64,000 nucleotides of DNA, taken from Escherichia phage vB_EcoM_SA20RB. Of this stretch, positions 1-10,913 are shown in pieces. The notes under the pieces are model-generated. The model saw nothing but the letters and a program-made list of their open reading frames with translations, was not told the DNA's origin and ran no database searches. Location of the stretch: the sequence record OL960581, one strand, 5' to 3'. Position numbers and translations under genes: made by a program. Numbering within the stretch: position 1 is the stretch's first letter; every line of letters starts with the position of its first letter.

Positions 1-1
1 T

Positions 2-511
2 CCAGCTGGTTATAATCGTGGTCAGATTTTGAACGTTATTAAACTTGCTATTGAAACTCGCCAGGCGCAGCGCGACCGTTTATACCAAGAAGCTATCAAC
101 CCGGTAACCGGTACAGGTGGTGATGGTTACGTATTGTATGGTGATAAAACAGCTACTTCTGTTCCTTCTCCATTTGATCGTATTAACGTTCGTCGTCTGT
201 TTAATATGTTGAAAACGAATATCGGACGTAGTTCAAAATATCGTTTGTTCGAATTAAACAACGCGTTTACTCGTTCATCGTTCCGCACAGAAACTTCCCA
301 GTACTTACAGGGAATTAAAGCTCTCGGTGGAATTTATGAATATCGTGTAGTTTGCGATACAACAAATAACACTCCGTCAGTAATTGATAGAAATGAGTTT
401 GTTGCAACATTCTACATTCAACCGGCGCGCAGTATAAATTATATTACTTTGAATTTCGTCGCAACTGCTACTGGTGCAGATTTCGATGAGTTAACTGGTC
501 TTGCAGGTTAA
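2..511 (+). CDS. 18: Tail sheath protein gp18, C-terminal fragment (5' end lies outside window)
   Basis: Frame open from window edge to TAA at 509-511; sits immediately upstream of tail tube gene 19 as in T-even phages. Confidence 0.8.
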   Translation, partial: PAGYNRGQILNVIKLAIETRQAQRDRLYQEAINPVTGTGGDGYVLYGDKTATSVPSPFDRINVRRLFNMLKTNIGRSSKYRLFELNNAFTRSSFRTETSQYLQGIKALGGIYEYRVVCDTTNNTPSVIDRNEFVATFYIQPARSINYITLNFVATATGADFDELTGLAG

Positions 512-527
512 TACGGTGCATTCTAAA

Positions 528-545
528 GGCCTGTTTCGGCAGGCC
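528..545 (+). terminator. GC hairpin GGCCTG-TTTCGG-CAGGCC after gene 18
   Basis: Perfect 6-bp inverted repeat 17 nt after stop codon. Confidence 0.4.
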
Positions 546-546
546 A

Positions 547-554
547 TATAAATA
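547..554 (+). promoter_or_regulatory. T4-type late promoter box TATAAATA
   Basis: Exact TATAAATA about 75 nt upstream of gene 19 start. Confidence 0.55.
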
Positions 555-605
555 CACTATATCCTTAATTCTTTAATTCTATATGCCCTAGGTTAAACAT
601 AGGGA

Positions 606-613
606 TATAAATA
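606..613 (+). promoter_or_regulatory. T4-type late promoter box TATAAATA (second copy before gene 19)
   Basis: Exact TATAAATA 15 nt upstream of gene 19 ATG. Confidence 0.6.
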
Positions 614-627
614 CTACAGAGGCTAAT

Positions 628-1119
628 ATGTTTGTAGATGATGTAACACGAGCGTTTGAATCTGGTGATTTTGCTCGACCTAACTTATTCCAAGTAGAAA
701 TTTCTTATCTTGGACAAAATTTTACGTTTCAATGTAAAGCCACTGCTTTACCAGCTGGTATTGTAGAAAAAATTCCAGTCGGATTCATGAACCGTAAAAT
801 TAACGTAGCAGGCGATCGTACATTCGATGACTGGACTGTTACAGTAATGAACGATGAGGCACATGATGCTCGCCAGAAGTTTGTTGATTGGCAAAGCATT
901 GCTGCTGGGCAAGGGAACGAAATTACTGGTGGAAAACCAGCAGAGTATAAAAAGAGCGCTGTTGTTCGCCAATATGCTCGTGACGCTAAAACTGTAACAA
1001 AAGAAGTCGAAATTAAAGGTCTGTGGCCTACTAACGTGGGTGAACTTCAATTAGATTGGGATTCAAACAATGAAATCCAAACCTTTGAAGTAACTCTCGC
1101 TCTCGATTATTGGGAATAA
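628..1119 (+). CDS. 19: Tail tube protein gp19
   Basis: 163-aa ORF, ATG with GAGG RBS; length and sequence match T4 gp19; position between 18 and 20. Confidence 0.93.
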   Translation: MFVDDVTRAFESGDFARPNLFQVEISYLGQNFTFQCKATALPAGIVEKIPVGFMNRKINVAGDRTFDDWTVTVMNDEAHDARQKFVDWQSIAAGQGNEITGGKPAEYKKSAVVRQYARDAKTVTKEVEIKGLWPTNVGELQLDWDSNNEIQTFEVTLALDYWE

Positions 1120-1125
1120 AATGAA

Positions 1126-1141
1126 TGGGGAGAAATCCCCA
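1126..1141 (+). terminator. Hairpin TGGGGA-GAAA-TCCCCA after gene 19
   Basis: 6-bp perfect stem 7 nt after stop codon. Confidence 0.5.
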
Positions 1142-1151
1142 TCCTGCTTAA

Positions 1152-2776
<1,625 letters not shown>

Positions 2777-2777
<1 letters not shown>

Positions 2778-3019
2778 TGGAAGGTTTAATTGAAGCTATT
2801 AAATCAAACGACCTCGTAGCCGCTCGTAAATTATTTGCTGAAGCCATGGCTGCAAGAACGATTGATTTAATTAAAGAAGAAAAAATCGCTATCGCTCGTA
2901 ATTTCTTAATCGAAGGTGAAGAACCTGAAGACGAGGATGATGACGAAGATGGTGATGATAAAGACGACAAAAAAGACAAAGACTCTGACGAAGATGACGA
3001 AGACGAGGATGATGAATAA
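2777..3019 (+). CDS. 67: Prohead core protein gp67 with poly-acidic C-terminus
   Basis: 80-aa ORF, TAATG overlap with gene 20 stop; Asp/Glu-rich tail typical of T4 gp67. Confidence 0.85.
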
Positions 3020-3444
3020 TGCTTCTGATCCCTGAAACTCATGAATTAGTTCTCGAGAATGTCGAAGCACTTATTCCTGAAGCACAGGGTCGCTTTGACG
3101 AATTGTCTTCTGCTTTAAATAAAGACGATATAAATACAATTATCGAGAATATGCTTGATGATGAAACTGATTTAGCAGTTGCATTAGCTTCTATTAATGA
3201 AAATATGCCGTTAAATGAATTCATTGTTAAGCATGTTTCAGCTCGTGGTGAAATTACACGTACTAAAGACCGCAAAACGCGCGAACGTAATGCATTTCAA
3301 ACCACTGGGCTGTCTAAAGCAAAACGTAGACAAATTGCTCGCAAAGCTACCAAAACGAAGATTGCCAATCCAGCAGGTCAATCTCGTGCTCAGCGTAAGC
3401 GTAAAAAAGCTCTTAAACGCCGTAAAGCATTAGGATTAAGCTAA
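3019..3444 (+). CDS. 68: Prohead core protein gp68
   Basis: 141-aa ORF, TAATG overlap with gene 67; basic C-terminus; T4 position. Confidence 0.85.
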   Translation: MLLIPETHELVLENVEALIPEAQGRFDELSSALNKDDINTIIENMLDDETDLAVALASINENMPLNEFIVKHVSARGEITRTKDRKTRERNAFQTTGLSKAKRRQIARKATKTKIANPAGQSRAQRKRKKALKRRKALGLS

Positions 3445-4082
3445 TGAATGAACCCCAATTACTAATTGAAACTTGGGGTCAACCTGGCGAAATTATTGAT
3501 GGTGTGCCAATGCTTGAATCCCACGATGGAAAAGACTTAGGTTTAAAACCGGGTTTATACATCGAAGGAATATTCATGCAAGCAGAAGTCGTCAATAGAA
3601 ATAAACGTCTTTATCCAAAACGCATATTAGAAAAAGCGGTAAAAGACTATATTAATGAGCAAGTTTTAACTAAACAAGCTCTCGGAGAATTAAATCATCC
3701 TCCACGCGCTAATGTTGACCCGATGCAAGCCGCTATCATTATAGAAGATATGTGGTGGAAAGGAAATGACGTATACGGACGAGCTCGTGTTATTGAAGGT
3801 GACCACGGTCCTGGAGATAAATTAGCAGCTAATATTCGTGCCGGATGGATTCCAGGAGTTTCTTCTCGTGGATTAGGTTCATTGACTGACACAAATAAAG
3901 GTTATCGTATCGTAAACGAAGGATTCAAATTAACTGTAGGTGTTGATGCAGTATGGGGTCCAAGTGCTCCAGATGCATGGGTAACTCCTAAGGAAATTAC
4001 CGAATCACAGACGGCGGAAGCCGATACAAGTGCCGATGACGCCTATATGGCTCTCGCAGAGGCCATGAAAAAAGCGTTATAA
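3444..4082 (+). CDS. 21: Prohead core protease gp21
   Basis: 212-aa ORF, ATG overlapping gene 68 stop; length and position as T4 gp21. Confidence 0.92.
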   Translation: MNEPQLLIETWGQPGEIIDGVPMLESHDGKDLGLKPGLYIEGIFMQAEVVNRNKRLYPKRILEKAVKDYINEQVLTKQALGELNHPPRANVDPMQAAIIIEDMWWKGNDVYGRARVIEGDHGPGDKLAANIRAGWIPGVSSRGLGSLTDTNKGYRIVNEGFKLTVGVDAVWGPSAPDAWVTPKEITESQTAEADTSADDAYMALAEAMKKAL

Positions 4083-4085
4083 ATA
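4078..4085 (+). promoter_or_regulatory. T4-type late promoter TATAAATA before gene 22
   Basis: Exact TATAAATA overlapping gene 21 stop, 28 nt upstream of gene 22 ATG. Confidence 0.55.
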
Positions 4086-4112
4086 TTATTATCTAAACAA
4101 CAGGACTACAAA

Positions 4113-4922
4113 ATGCTTAAAGAACAACTGATTGCTGAAGCGCAAAAAATTGATGCTTCCGTTGCTCTTGATAGTATTTTCGAATCAGTTAATATTTCTC
4201 CGGAAGCAAAAGAAACTTTCGGCACTGTATTCGAAGCTACCGTCAAGCAGCACGCCGTTAAATTAGCTGAATCTCATATCGCTAAAATTGCTGAAAAAGC
4301 AGAAGAAGAAGTAGAAAAAAATAAAGAAGAAGCCGAAGAAAAAGCTGAGAAGAAAATCGCTGAGCAAGCTTCTAAATTCATCGACCATCTTGCGAAAGAA
4401 TGGCTCGCTGAAAATAAATTAGCAGTTGATAAAGGCATCAAAGCCGAACTGTTTGAATCCATGCTTGGTGGATTAAAAGAGCTCTTTGTTGAACACAACG
4501 TTGTTGTTCCAGAAGAATCAGTTGATGTTGTAGCTGAAATGGAAGAAGAGCTGCAAGAACATAAAGAAGAATCAGCTCGTCTGTTCGAAGAACTTAATAA
4601 GCGTGACGCATATATCAATTATGTGCAGCGTGAAGTGGCATTGAGCGAAAGTACTAAAGATCTGACTGAGTCTCAAAAAGAAAAAGTCTCTGCTCTGGTC
4701 GAAGGTATGGATTATTCAGATGAATTCTCAAGTAAATTGAGTGCCATCGTAGAAATGGTGAAGAAGTCTAATAAAGATGAAAGCACTATTACTGAGGGTA
4801 TAAATACTCCTGATACTGAAGCAGCCGGACTGAATTTCGTCACTGAAGCTGTAGAAGATAAAGCTGCACCTGGTGCAGAAGATATTGTAAGTGTATATGC
4901 GAAAGTCGCATCTCGTTTCTAA
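4113..4922 (+). CDS. 22: Prohead core scaffold protein gp22
   Basis: 269-aa highly acidic, coiled-coil-like ORF between 21 and 23. Confidence 0.9.
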   Translation: MLKEQLIAEAQKIDASVALDSIFESVNISPEAKETFGTVFEATVKQHAVKLAESHIAKIAEKAEEEVEKNKEEAEEKAEKKIAEQASKFIDHLAKEWLAENKLAVDKGIKAELFESMLGGLKELFVEHNVVVPEESVDVVAEMEEELQEHKEESARLFEELNKRDAYINYVQREVALSESTKDLTESQKEKVSALVEGMDYSDEFSSKLSAIVEMVKKSNKDESTITEGINTPDTEAAGLNFVTEAVEDKAAPGAEDIVSVYAKVASRF

Positions 4923-4940
4923 TTTTAAAGGTTAACACAA

Positions 4941-6506
4941 ATGACTATCAAAACTAAAGCTGAACTTTTGAACAAATGGAAGCCATTACTGGAAGGTGAA
5001 GGTTTACCGGAAATTGCTAATAGCAAACAAGCGATTATCGCTAAAATCTTTGAAAACCAGGAAAAAGATTTCCAGACAGCTCCAGAGTACAAAGACGAAA
5101 AAATCGCTCAGGCGTTCGGTTCTTTCTTAACAGAAGCTGAAATCGGTGGTGACCACGGTTACAATGCTACTAACATCGCTGCAGGTCAGACTTCTGGCGC
5201 AGTAACTCAGATTGGCCCAGCTGTTATGGGTATGGTACGTCGTGCTATTCCTAACCTGATTGCTTTCGATATTTGCGGTGTTCAGCCGATGAATAGCCCG
5301 ACCGGTCAGGTATTCGCACTGCGTGCTGTATACGGTAAAGACCCAATTGCTGCCGGCGCTAAAGAAGCATTCCACCCAATGTATGGTCCAGATGCAATGT
5401 TCTCTGGTCAGGGTGCTGCTAAGAAATTCCCGGCTCTGGCTGCTAGCACAGAAACCACAGTAGGTGATATCTATACTCACTTCTTCCAGGACACTGGTAC
5501 TGTGTATCTGCAGGCTTCTGCTCAAGTAACAATTAGTGCAAGCGCAACTGATGCAGCTAAATTAGATGCTGAAATTAAGAAACAAATGGAAGCTGGTGCA
5601 TTGGTAGAAATCGCTGAAGGTATGGCTACTTCTATCGCTGAACTCCAGGAAGGTTTCAACGGTTCTACCGATAACCCATGGAATGAAATGGGCTTCCGTA
5701 TCGATAAACAAGTTATCGAAGCTAAATCTCGCCAGCTGAAAGCTGCTTACTCTATCGAATTAGCACAAGACCTCCGCGCTGTTCACGGTATGGATGCTGA
5801 TGCTGAACTGTCTGGTATTCTGGCTACCGAAATCATGCTGGAAATCAACCGCGAAGTTGTTGATTGGATTAACTACTCAGCTCAGGTTGGTAAATCTGGT
5901 ATGACCCTGACTCCAGGTTCTAAAGCTGGTGTATTTGACTTCCAGGATCCGATTGATATTCGTGGTGCTCGCTGGGCGGGTGAATCCTTTAAAGCTCTGT
6001 TGTTCCAGATTGACAAAGAAGCAGTTGAAATTGCTCGTCAGACCGGTCGTGGTGAAGGTAACTTCATTATCGCTTCCCGTAACGTAGTTAACGTTCTGGC
6101 TTCAGTTGATACTGGCATTTCTTATGCTGCACAGGGTCTGGCTACCGGCTTTAACACTGATACTACCAAGTCAGTATTTGCTGGTGTTCTGGGTGGTAAA
6201 TACCGTGTATATATCGACCAGTATGCTAAACAGGATTATTTCACTGTAGGTTATAAAGGTCCGAACGAAATGGATGCTGGTATTTACTATGCTCCATATG
6301 TAGCTCTGACTCCGCTGCGTGGTTCCGATCCGAAGAACTTCCAACCAGTAATGGGATTCAAAACTCGTTACGGTATCGGTATCAACCCATTTGCAGAATC
6401 CGCTGCTCAGGCTCCGGCTTCTCGCATCCAGAGCGGTATGCCTTCTATTCTGAATAGCCTTGGTAAAAACGCTTACTTCCGCCGTGTATATGTTAAAGGT
6501 ATCTAA
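4941..6506 (+). CDS. 23: Major capsid protein gp23
   Basis: 521-aa ORF, ATG start; T4 gp23 length and sequence. Confidence 0.97.
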   Translation: MTIKTKAELLNKWKPLLEGEGLPEIANSKQAIIAKIFENQEKDFQTAPEYKDEKIAQAFGSFLTEAEIGGDHGYNATNIAAGQTSGAVTQIGPAVMGMVRRAIPNLIAFDICGVQPMNSPTGQVFALRAVYGKDPIAAGAKEAFHPMYGPDAMFSGQGAAKKFPALAASTETTVGDIYTHFFQDTGTVYLQASAQVTISASATDAAKLDAEIKKQMEAGALVEIAEGMATSIAELQEGFNGSTDNPWNEMGFRIDKQVIEAKSRQLKAAYSIELAQDLRAVHGMDADAELSGILATEIMLEINREVVDWINYSAQVGKSGMTLTPGSKAGVFDFQDPIDIRGARWAGESFKALLFQIDKEAVEIARQTGRGEGNFIIASRNVVNVLASVDTGISYAAQGLATGFNTDTTKSVFAGVLGGKYRVYIDQYAKQDYFTVGYKGPNEMDAGIYYAPYVALTPLRGSDPKNFQPVMGFKTRYGIGINPFAESAAQAPASRIQSGMPSILNSLGKNAYFRRVYVKGI

Positions 6507-6519
6507 TCTTTGACGATTT

Positions 6520-6539
6520 AAGGGACCTTCGGGTCCCTT
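6520..6539 (+). terminator. Intrinsic terminator hairpin AAGGGACC-TTCG-GGTCCCTT after gene 23
   Basis: 8-bp perfect stem, TTCG loop, followed by T-run. Confidence 0.6.
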
Positions 6540-6554
6540 TAGTTGTTTTTATGG

Positions 6555-6562
6555 TATAAATA
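6555..6562 (+). promoter_or_regulatory. T4-type late promoter TATAAATA for gene 24
   Basis: Exact TATAAATA 28 nt upstream of gene 24 ATG. Confidence 0.6.
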
Positions 6563-6589
6563 AATCATATAAACCAAAAGGAAAGCGCA

Positions 6590-7873
6590 ATGGCTAAAAT
6601 CAACGAACTTCTGCGCGAATCAACCACAACGAATAGCAACTCAATCGGTCGCCCAAATCTCGTTGCTTTGACTCGCGCTACCACTAAATTAATATATTCT
6701 GACATTGTAGCAACGCAAAGAACTAATCAACCTGTTGCTGCTTTTTATGGTATCAAATACCTTAACCCAGACAATGAATTTACATTTAAAACTGGTGCTA
6801 CTTACGCTGGCGAAGCTGGATATGTAGACCGAGAACAAATCACAGAATTAACAGAAGAGTCTAAATTAACTCTCAATAAAGGCGATTTATTCAAATATAA
6901 TAATATCGTTTATAAAGTATTAGAAGATACACCATTTGCTACCATTGAAGAAAGCGATTTAGAACTAGCTCTTCAGATTGCAATTGTTCTTTTAAAGGTT
7001 CGTCTATTTTCTGACGCAGCGTCAACGAGCAAATTTGAAAGCTCTGATAGCGAAATTGCTGATGCTAGATTCCAGATTAATAAATGGCAAACCGCAGTTA
7101 AATCTCGTAAACTTAAAACTGGCATTACAGTTGAATTAGCACAAGATTTAGAAGCAAATGGATTCGATGCTCCTAATTTCTTGGAAGATTTGCTTGCAAC
7201 TGAAATGGCGGATGAAATCAATAAAGATATTCTACAGTCTTTGATTACAGTGTCAAAACGCTATAAAGTTACAGGAATTACTGATACTGGATTCATTGAT
7301 TTGAGTTATGCATCTGCACCTGAAGCTGGTCGTTCATTATACCGAATGGTGTGTGAAATGGTTTCGCATATCCAAAAAGAATCAACTTATACTGCAACGT
7401 TCTGTGTTGCTTCAGCTCGTGCCGCTGCGATTCTTGCTGCATCAGGTTGGTTAAAACATAAACCAGAAGATGATAAATATCTTTCACAAAATGCCTATGG
7501 GTTCTTAGCTAATGGTTTACCGCTTTATTGCGATACTAACAGCCCATTAGATTATGTAATCGTTGGCGTAGTAGAAAATATTGGTGAAAAAGAAATTGTC
7601 GGATCAATTTTCTATGCTCCGTATACAGAAGGTCTTGACTTAGATGACCCTGAACATGTAGGTGCATTTAAAGTTGTAGTTGATCCAGAAAGTTTGCAGC
7701 CATCTATCGGTTTATTGGTTAGATATGCTTTATCTGCAAATCCTTACACTGTAGCAAAAGACGAAAAAGAAGCAAGAATAATTGATGGTGGAGACATGGA
7801 TAAAATGGCGGGTCGTTCAGATTTGTCTGTTTTATTAGGTGTTAAGCTACCAAAAATTATCGTCGATGAATAA
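6590..7873 (+). CDS. 24: Capsid vertex protein gp24
   Basis: 427-aa ORF, gp23 paralogue, T4 length. Confidence 0.93.
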   Translation: MAKINELLRESTTTNSNSIGRPNLVALTRATTKLIYSDIVATQRTNQPVAAFYGIKYLNPDNEFTFKTGATYAGEAGYVDREQITELTEESKLTLNKGDLFKYNNIVYKVLEDTPFATIEESDLELALQIAIVLLKVRLFSDAASTSKFESSDSEIADARFQINKWQTAVKSRKLKTGITVELAQDLEANGFDAPNFLEDLLATEMADEINKDILQSLITVSKRYKVTGITDTGFIDLSYASAPEAGRSLYRMVCEMVSHIQKESTYTATFCVASARAAAILAASGWLKHKPEDDKYLSQNAYGFLANGLPLYCDTNSPLDYVIVGVVENIGEKEIVGSIFYAPYTEGLDLDDPEHVGAFKVVVDPESLQPSIGLLVRYALSANPYTVAKDEKEARIIDGGDMDKMAGRSDLSVLLGVKLPKIIVDE

Positions 7874-7877
7874 AACA

Positions 7878-7897
7878 AAGGGACCTTTCGGTCCCTT
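7878..7897. terminator. Bidirectional terminator hairpin AAGGGACC-TTTC-GGTCCCTT between convergent genes 24 and rnlB
   Basis: 8-bp stem flanked by A-run and T-run, so usable on both strands. Confidence 0.6.
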
Positions 7898-7902
7898 TTT
7901 AT

Positions 7903-8907
7903 TTAACTTACCAATTCAATCCAAGCCGGGCGAAGTACATCTTGTACCATTTTAACTAATTCCTTTTTAATCAAAGAAGGATTATCCGCTTGAGTTAAAG
8001 TAATACCTTCACGAGAAGTTTCTTCCAAAATATCTTGAACAGTTAGTCCCATCACCTTTCCAAAATCCTTCGGACCAATTTCGCCAATTTTAGAAATAAC
8101 GTTATTTACCCGGTTCAGTGTAACGTAACAAGCTAAAATTCCCACCAATTTGTTATCAGCTTCTGACAGTTCAACTTTAGCTTTAATAGGCTTATCAGAC
8201 TTTTTCTTTTCGCTAAATTTAGAGTTCTTGCATTTAATAGCTACACGATTGCCATTAGGCATCCAAGAAGGATAACAAGGTTTCAATACATAACCTTCAG
8301 CGGTAAATACTTCGCCTTTTGCTTCGGCATTCCAAACGCATTTATTTGCATCAACTAATCCAGCATGGTCTACTGTAAAATTATAATCTTGAACGACAGA
8401 ATCTAAATCGTTTGGCAATTTAATAAGCTCTTCAAATTTACCGCGACCTAAAAGTGGAGCCATTTTAAATTTAAATGTATTACAGAATGATTCCATCATA
8501 TAATCATCGACATAAGTCACATCACCACTTTCGGTAGTAACAATAATGTCAAATACATAAAAATCTTTATCGCCATAATCGACATTCTTCTGAATGCCAG
8601 GTCCAGCGAATTCGCCAAAGACTTGATAAGATACAACCGCTGAAGTTTCCATAATATCTTGTACTGCTTTAATGGAATCAGCATAATTCTTTAGAATAAT
8701 TTCATACCCAAAGAAATCTTCAGCAGGAAGAATCGGTCCAGTACGTTTAGCACAAGTTGCTTTATCGCGCTCAATAATCAACGAGAAATTTGTACCATGA
8801 ATCTTTTCACGAGCTACCCATTCGCCGCCAGTCAATCCTAGACTGTAAAGTTTTTCAATGAATTTAGAGTTGTAATGATTTTCAAGACTGCTATACTTTT
8901 TAAACAT
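7903..8907 (-). CDS. rnlB: RNA ligase 2 (Rnl2)
   Basis: 334-aa ORF with nucleotidyltransferase KxHG motif (EKIHGTN); T4 24.1 position. Confidence 0.9.
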   Translation of the reverse strand: MFKKYSSLENHYNSKFIEKLYSLGLTGGEWVAREKIHGTNFSLIIERDKATCAKRTGPILPAEDFFGYEIILKNYADSIKAVQDIMETSAVVSYQVFGEFAGPGIQKNVDYGDKDFYVFDIIVTTESGDVTYVDDYMMESFCNTFKFKMAPLLGRGKFEELIKLPNDLDSVVQDYNFTVDHAGLVDANKCVWNAEAKGEVFTAEGYVLKPCYPSWMPNGNRVAIKCKNSKFSEKKKSDKPIKAKVELSEADNKLVGILACYVTLNRVNNVISKIGEIGPKDFGKVMGLTVQDILEETSREGITLTQADNPSLIKKELVKMVQDVLRPAWIELVS

Positions 8908-8916
8908 AATTAATCC

Positions 8917-9195
8917 TCAAAATGTAATTTCTAACCAATCACCATCACGCTGATCACTATTGACTTTAAAGCTAAATCCTTCTTTTCTCAGCCAATCACC
9001 AATTTCTTCAGTAATCAATTTATCGCGAGCGGTACAATAATAACTAAAATATGTTTTACCTTGTTCAGCTGCTTTATTAGCAAGTTCTGAAAAATCTTTA
9101 ATAAAACACTCTAGCTTAAACTGTTTACTTTTAAGTGCTTTTTCGCGTAATTGATTAGCAAAAGATTCATTTTCATAAAGATCATACTGTTCCAT
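8917..9195 (-). CDS. Hypothetical protein (T4 24.2 position)
   Basis: 92-aa ORF with ATG start, tightly packed in operon. Confidence 0.6.
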   Translation of the reverse strand: MEQYDLYENESFANQLREKALKSKQFKLECFIKDFSELANKAAEQGKTYFSYYCTARDKLITEEIGDWLRKEGFSFKVNSDQRDGDWLEITF

Positions 9196-9397
9196 TTTTC
9201 ACCTTTTTATTAATATGTCTTTTTCTATAGACAACTTTTTCTCGAGTCTCAAATTTATTCTTAGCAGTCATAGCTCGAGCCCATAATACAGCCACTTCTT
9301 TCGCCTGTAAGTTCAATTCACGAGCAATTTCAATGAATGACTTTCCAGACTCATGGAGTGTAAACACCACAACCTCAGTTCTCATAATCAATCTCAT
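9182..9397 (-). CDS. Hypothetical small protein with helix-turn-helix-like segment (T4 24.3 position)
   Basis: 71-aa ORF; segment SGKSFIEIARELNLQAKEV resembles an HTH. Confidence 0.55.
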   Translation of the reverse strand: MRLIMRTEVVVFTLHESGKSFIEIARELNLQAKEVAVLWARAMTAKNKFETREKVVYRKRHINKKVKNGTV

Positions 9398-9466
9398 GTT
9401 ATCGAGTTGGTGCCATTATATACATCGTTTTCCGATTGTGTTTTGTGTGCTTTCAAAATGAAGAAA

Positions 9467-9480
9467 GGGGCCGAAGCCCC
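9467..9480 (-). terminator. Hairpin GGGGC-CGAA-GCCCC downstream of hoc
   Basis: 5-bp GC stem just 3' of hoc stop on minus strand. Confidence 0.45.
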
Positions 9481-9485
9481 TGAGA

Positions 9486-10904
9486 TTATGGATAGGTATA
9501 GATGATACCAGTTTCTAAAGCAGTTTTATGAATGATGTATCCATTACGTGATTCTTGAACATCAACTTCTGGATAGTCTTTCATCATCTTCTGAAGAGTG
9601 TAACGATGCAAGTAGTATTTACTATCTGGATCTTCAGTTTTCCAATCTTTACCTTCTTCAGTCATTTTTTGGATTTCATCCATAACCCACCAACCGCACC
9701 AGATATAAGCTGAAGTACGATGTGGAAGAGGATGAACATAAGGTAATTCACCTTCTGGTTCCGGAGCAACTTTATCAGTTACCTGAACTTGACCTTCTGC
9801 TGTGATAGTTTTGCTATCATAATCAGTGGCAGTAACAGTTGCAGTAACTTCAATAGTTTGACTTCCAATAGATGATGTATCAACGGTGTATACATTAGTT
9901 GACCCTTCTACAGGAGAAGAATCTTTCTTCCATGAATACGTAATTTGTGCTTCTTCCGGAGCATCCGTAACATTAGCAGTAAATGTAGCCGAAGCATCTT
10001 GCTGAACATTAATAGAAGGAGGAGTCAATGTAACCTGTGGATTCATTGTCTTCTTATTAACTGTCAATGATACTTCATTAGAAGTAACTTCCTTTTCATT
10101 ATAATTTTCTGCAGTTACTTGGGCTACGCATTTAATTCTTTTTACTCCACTTGTAGTTGGAGTATAGTTAAATGTAGAGTTAGTTTCTCCACCAACTTGT
10201 GAATCATCTACATACCACTGATACGTGGCAGACGCTCCATCAGGTTGAGAAGCTAAGGCAGCAGTAAATTGAACCGGGGTTCCAATTACTCCAGCAGCAG
10301 GACTAGCAGGAGTTACTGCCAAGGTAGTTGTCTGCGTCTTTTTATTAACAGTCAGTGACACTTCATTAGAAGTAACTTCCTTTGTATCATAATCTGCCGC
10401 GGTTACTTGAGCTACACACTTAATTGTTTTAACTCCGCTTGTGGAAGGAGTGTAATTGAATGTAGCAGAAGTTGCTTCGCCTACAGGAGAACCGTCAACG
10501 TACCATTGATACGTAGCAGTTGCGCCAGATGGCTGTGAAGCTAAGGCAGCAGTAAATTCAACGGCTGTTCCGATTACTCCTTCTGGAGGACTATTAGGAG
10601 TTACAGCTAAGGTAGTTGTTTGTGTCTTATTTTGAACTGTGATAGTTATAGTAGCTTCTGCTGTTTCAGCATCAGTATCTGGAACTGGGTTTGTTGCAAC
10701 TACTTTAATAGTTTTTTGACCGGCAGGTCCTTTTAGTACATAACTAAAAGTTGCTTCAGTTCCATCTTGTGGAACATCGTCTACAGTCCAAGCATATGTA
10801 ATAGGTCCATCTCCAGTTTGACCACTGGGTGTAGCAGTAAACTGCTGAGTCTGATCTATAACTCCAGTAGGTGTTTTAGGAGTTATATCAACTGTAAAAG
10901 CCAT
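9486..10904 (-). CDS. hoc: Hoc, highly immunogenic outer capsid protein, with four Ig-like repeats
   Basis: 472-aa ORF; MAFTVDITPKTPTG N-terminus and conserved capsid-binding C-terminus (YVHPLP...IYTYP); internal 96-aa tandem duplication. Confidence 0.9.
   Translation of the reverse strand: MAFTVDITPKTPTGVIDQTQQFTATPSGQTGDGPITYAWTVDDVPQDGTEATFSYVLKGPAGQKTIKVVATNPVPDTDAETAEATITITVQNKTQTTTLAVTPNSPPEGVIGTAVEFTAALASQPSGATATYQWYVDGSPVGEATSATFNYTPSTSGVKTIKCVAQVTAADYDTKEVTSNEVSLTVNKKTQTTTLAVTPASPAAGVIGTPVQFTAALASQPDGASATYQWYVDDSQVGGETNSTFNYTPTTSGVKRIKCVAQVTAENYNEKEVTSNEVSLTVNKKTMNPQVTLTPPSINVQQDASATFTANVTDAPEEAQITYSWKKDSSPVEGSTNVYTVDTSSIGSQTIEVTATVTATDYDSKTITAEGQVQVTDKVAPEPEGELPYVHPLPHRTSAYIWCGWWVMDEIQKMTEEGKDWKTEDPDSKYYLHRYTLQKMMKDYPEVDVQESRNGYIIHKTALETGIIYTYP
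10053..10628 (-). repeat. Tandem duplication of a 288-bp Ig-like domain unit inside hoc
   Basis: Residues 93-188 and 189-284 are near-identical (KTQTTTLAVTP...SNEVSLTVNK). Confidence 0.7.
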
Positions 10905-10913
10905 AAGTTATCC

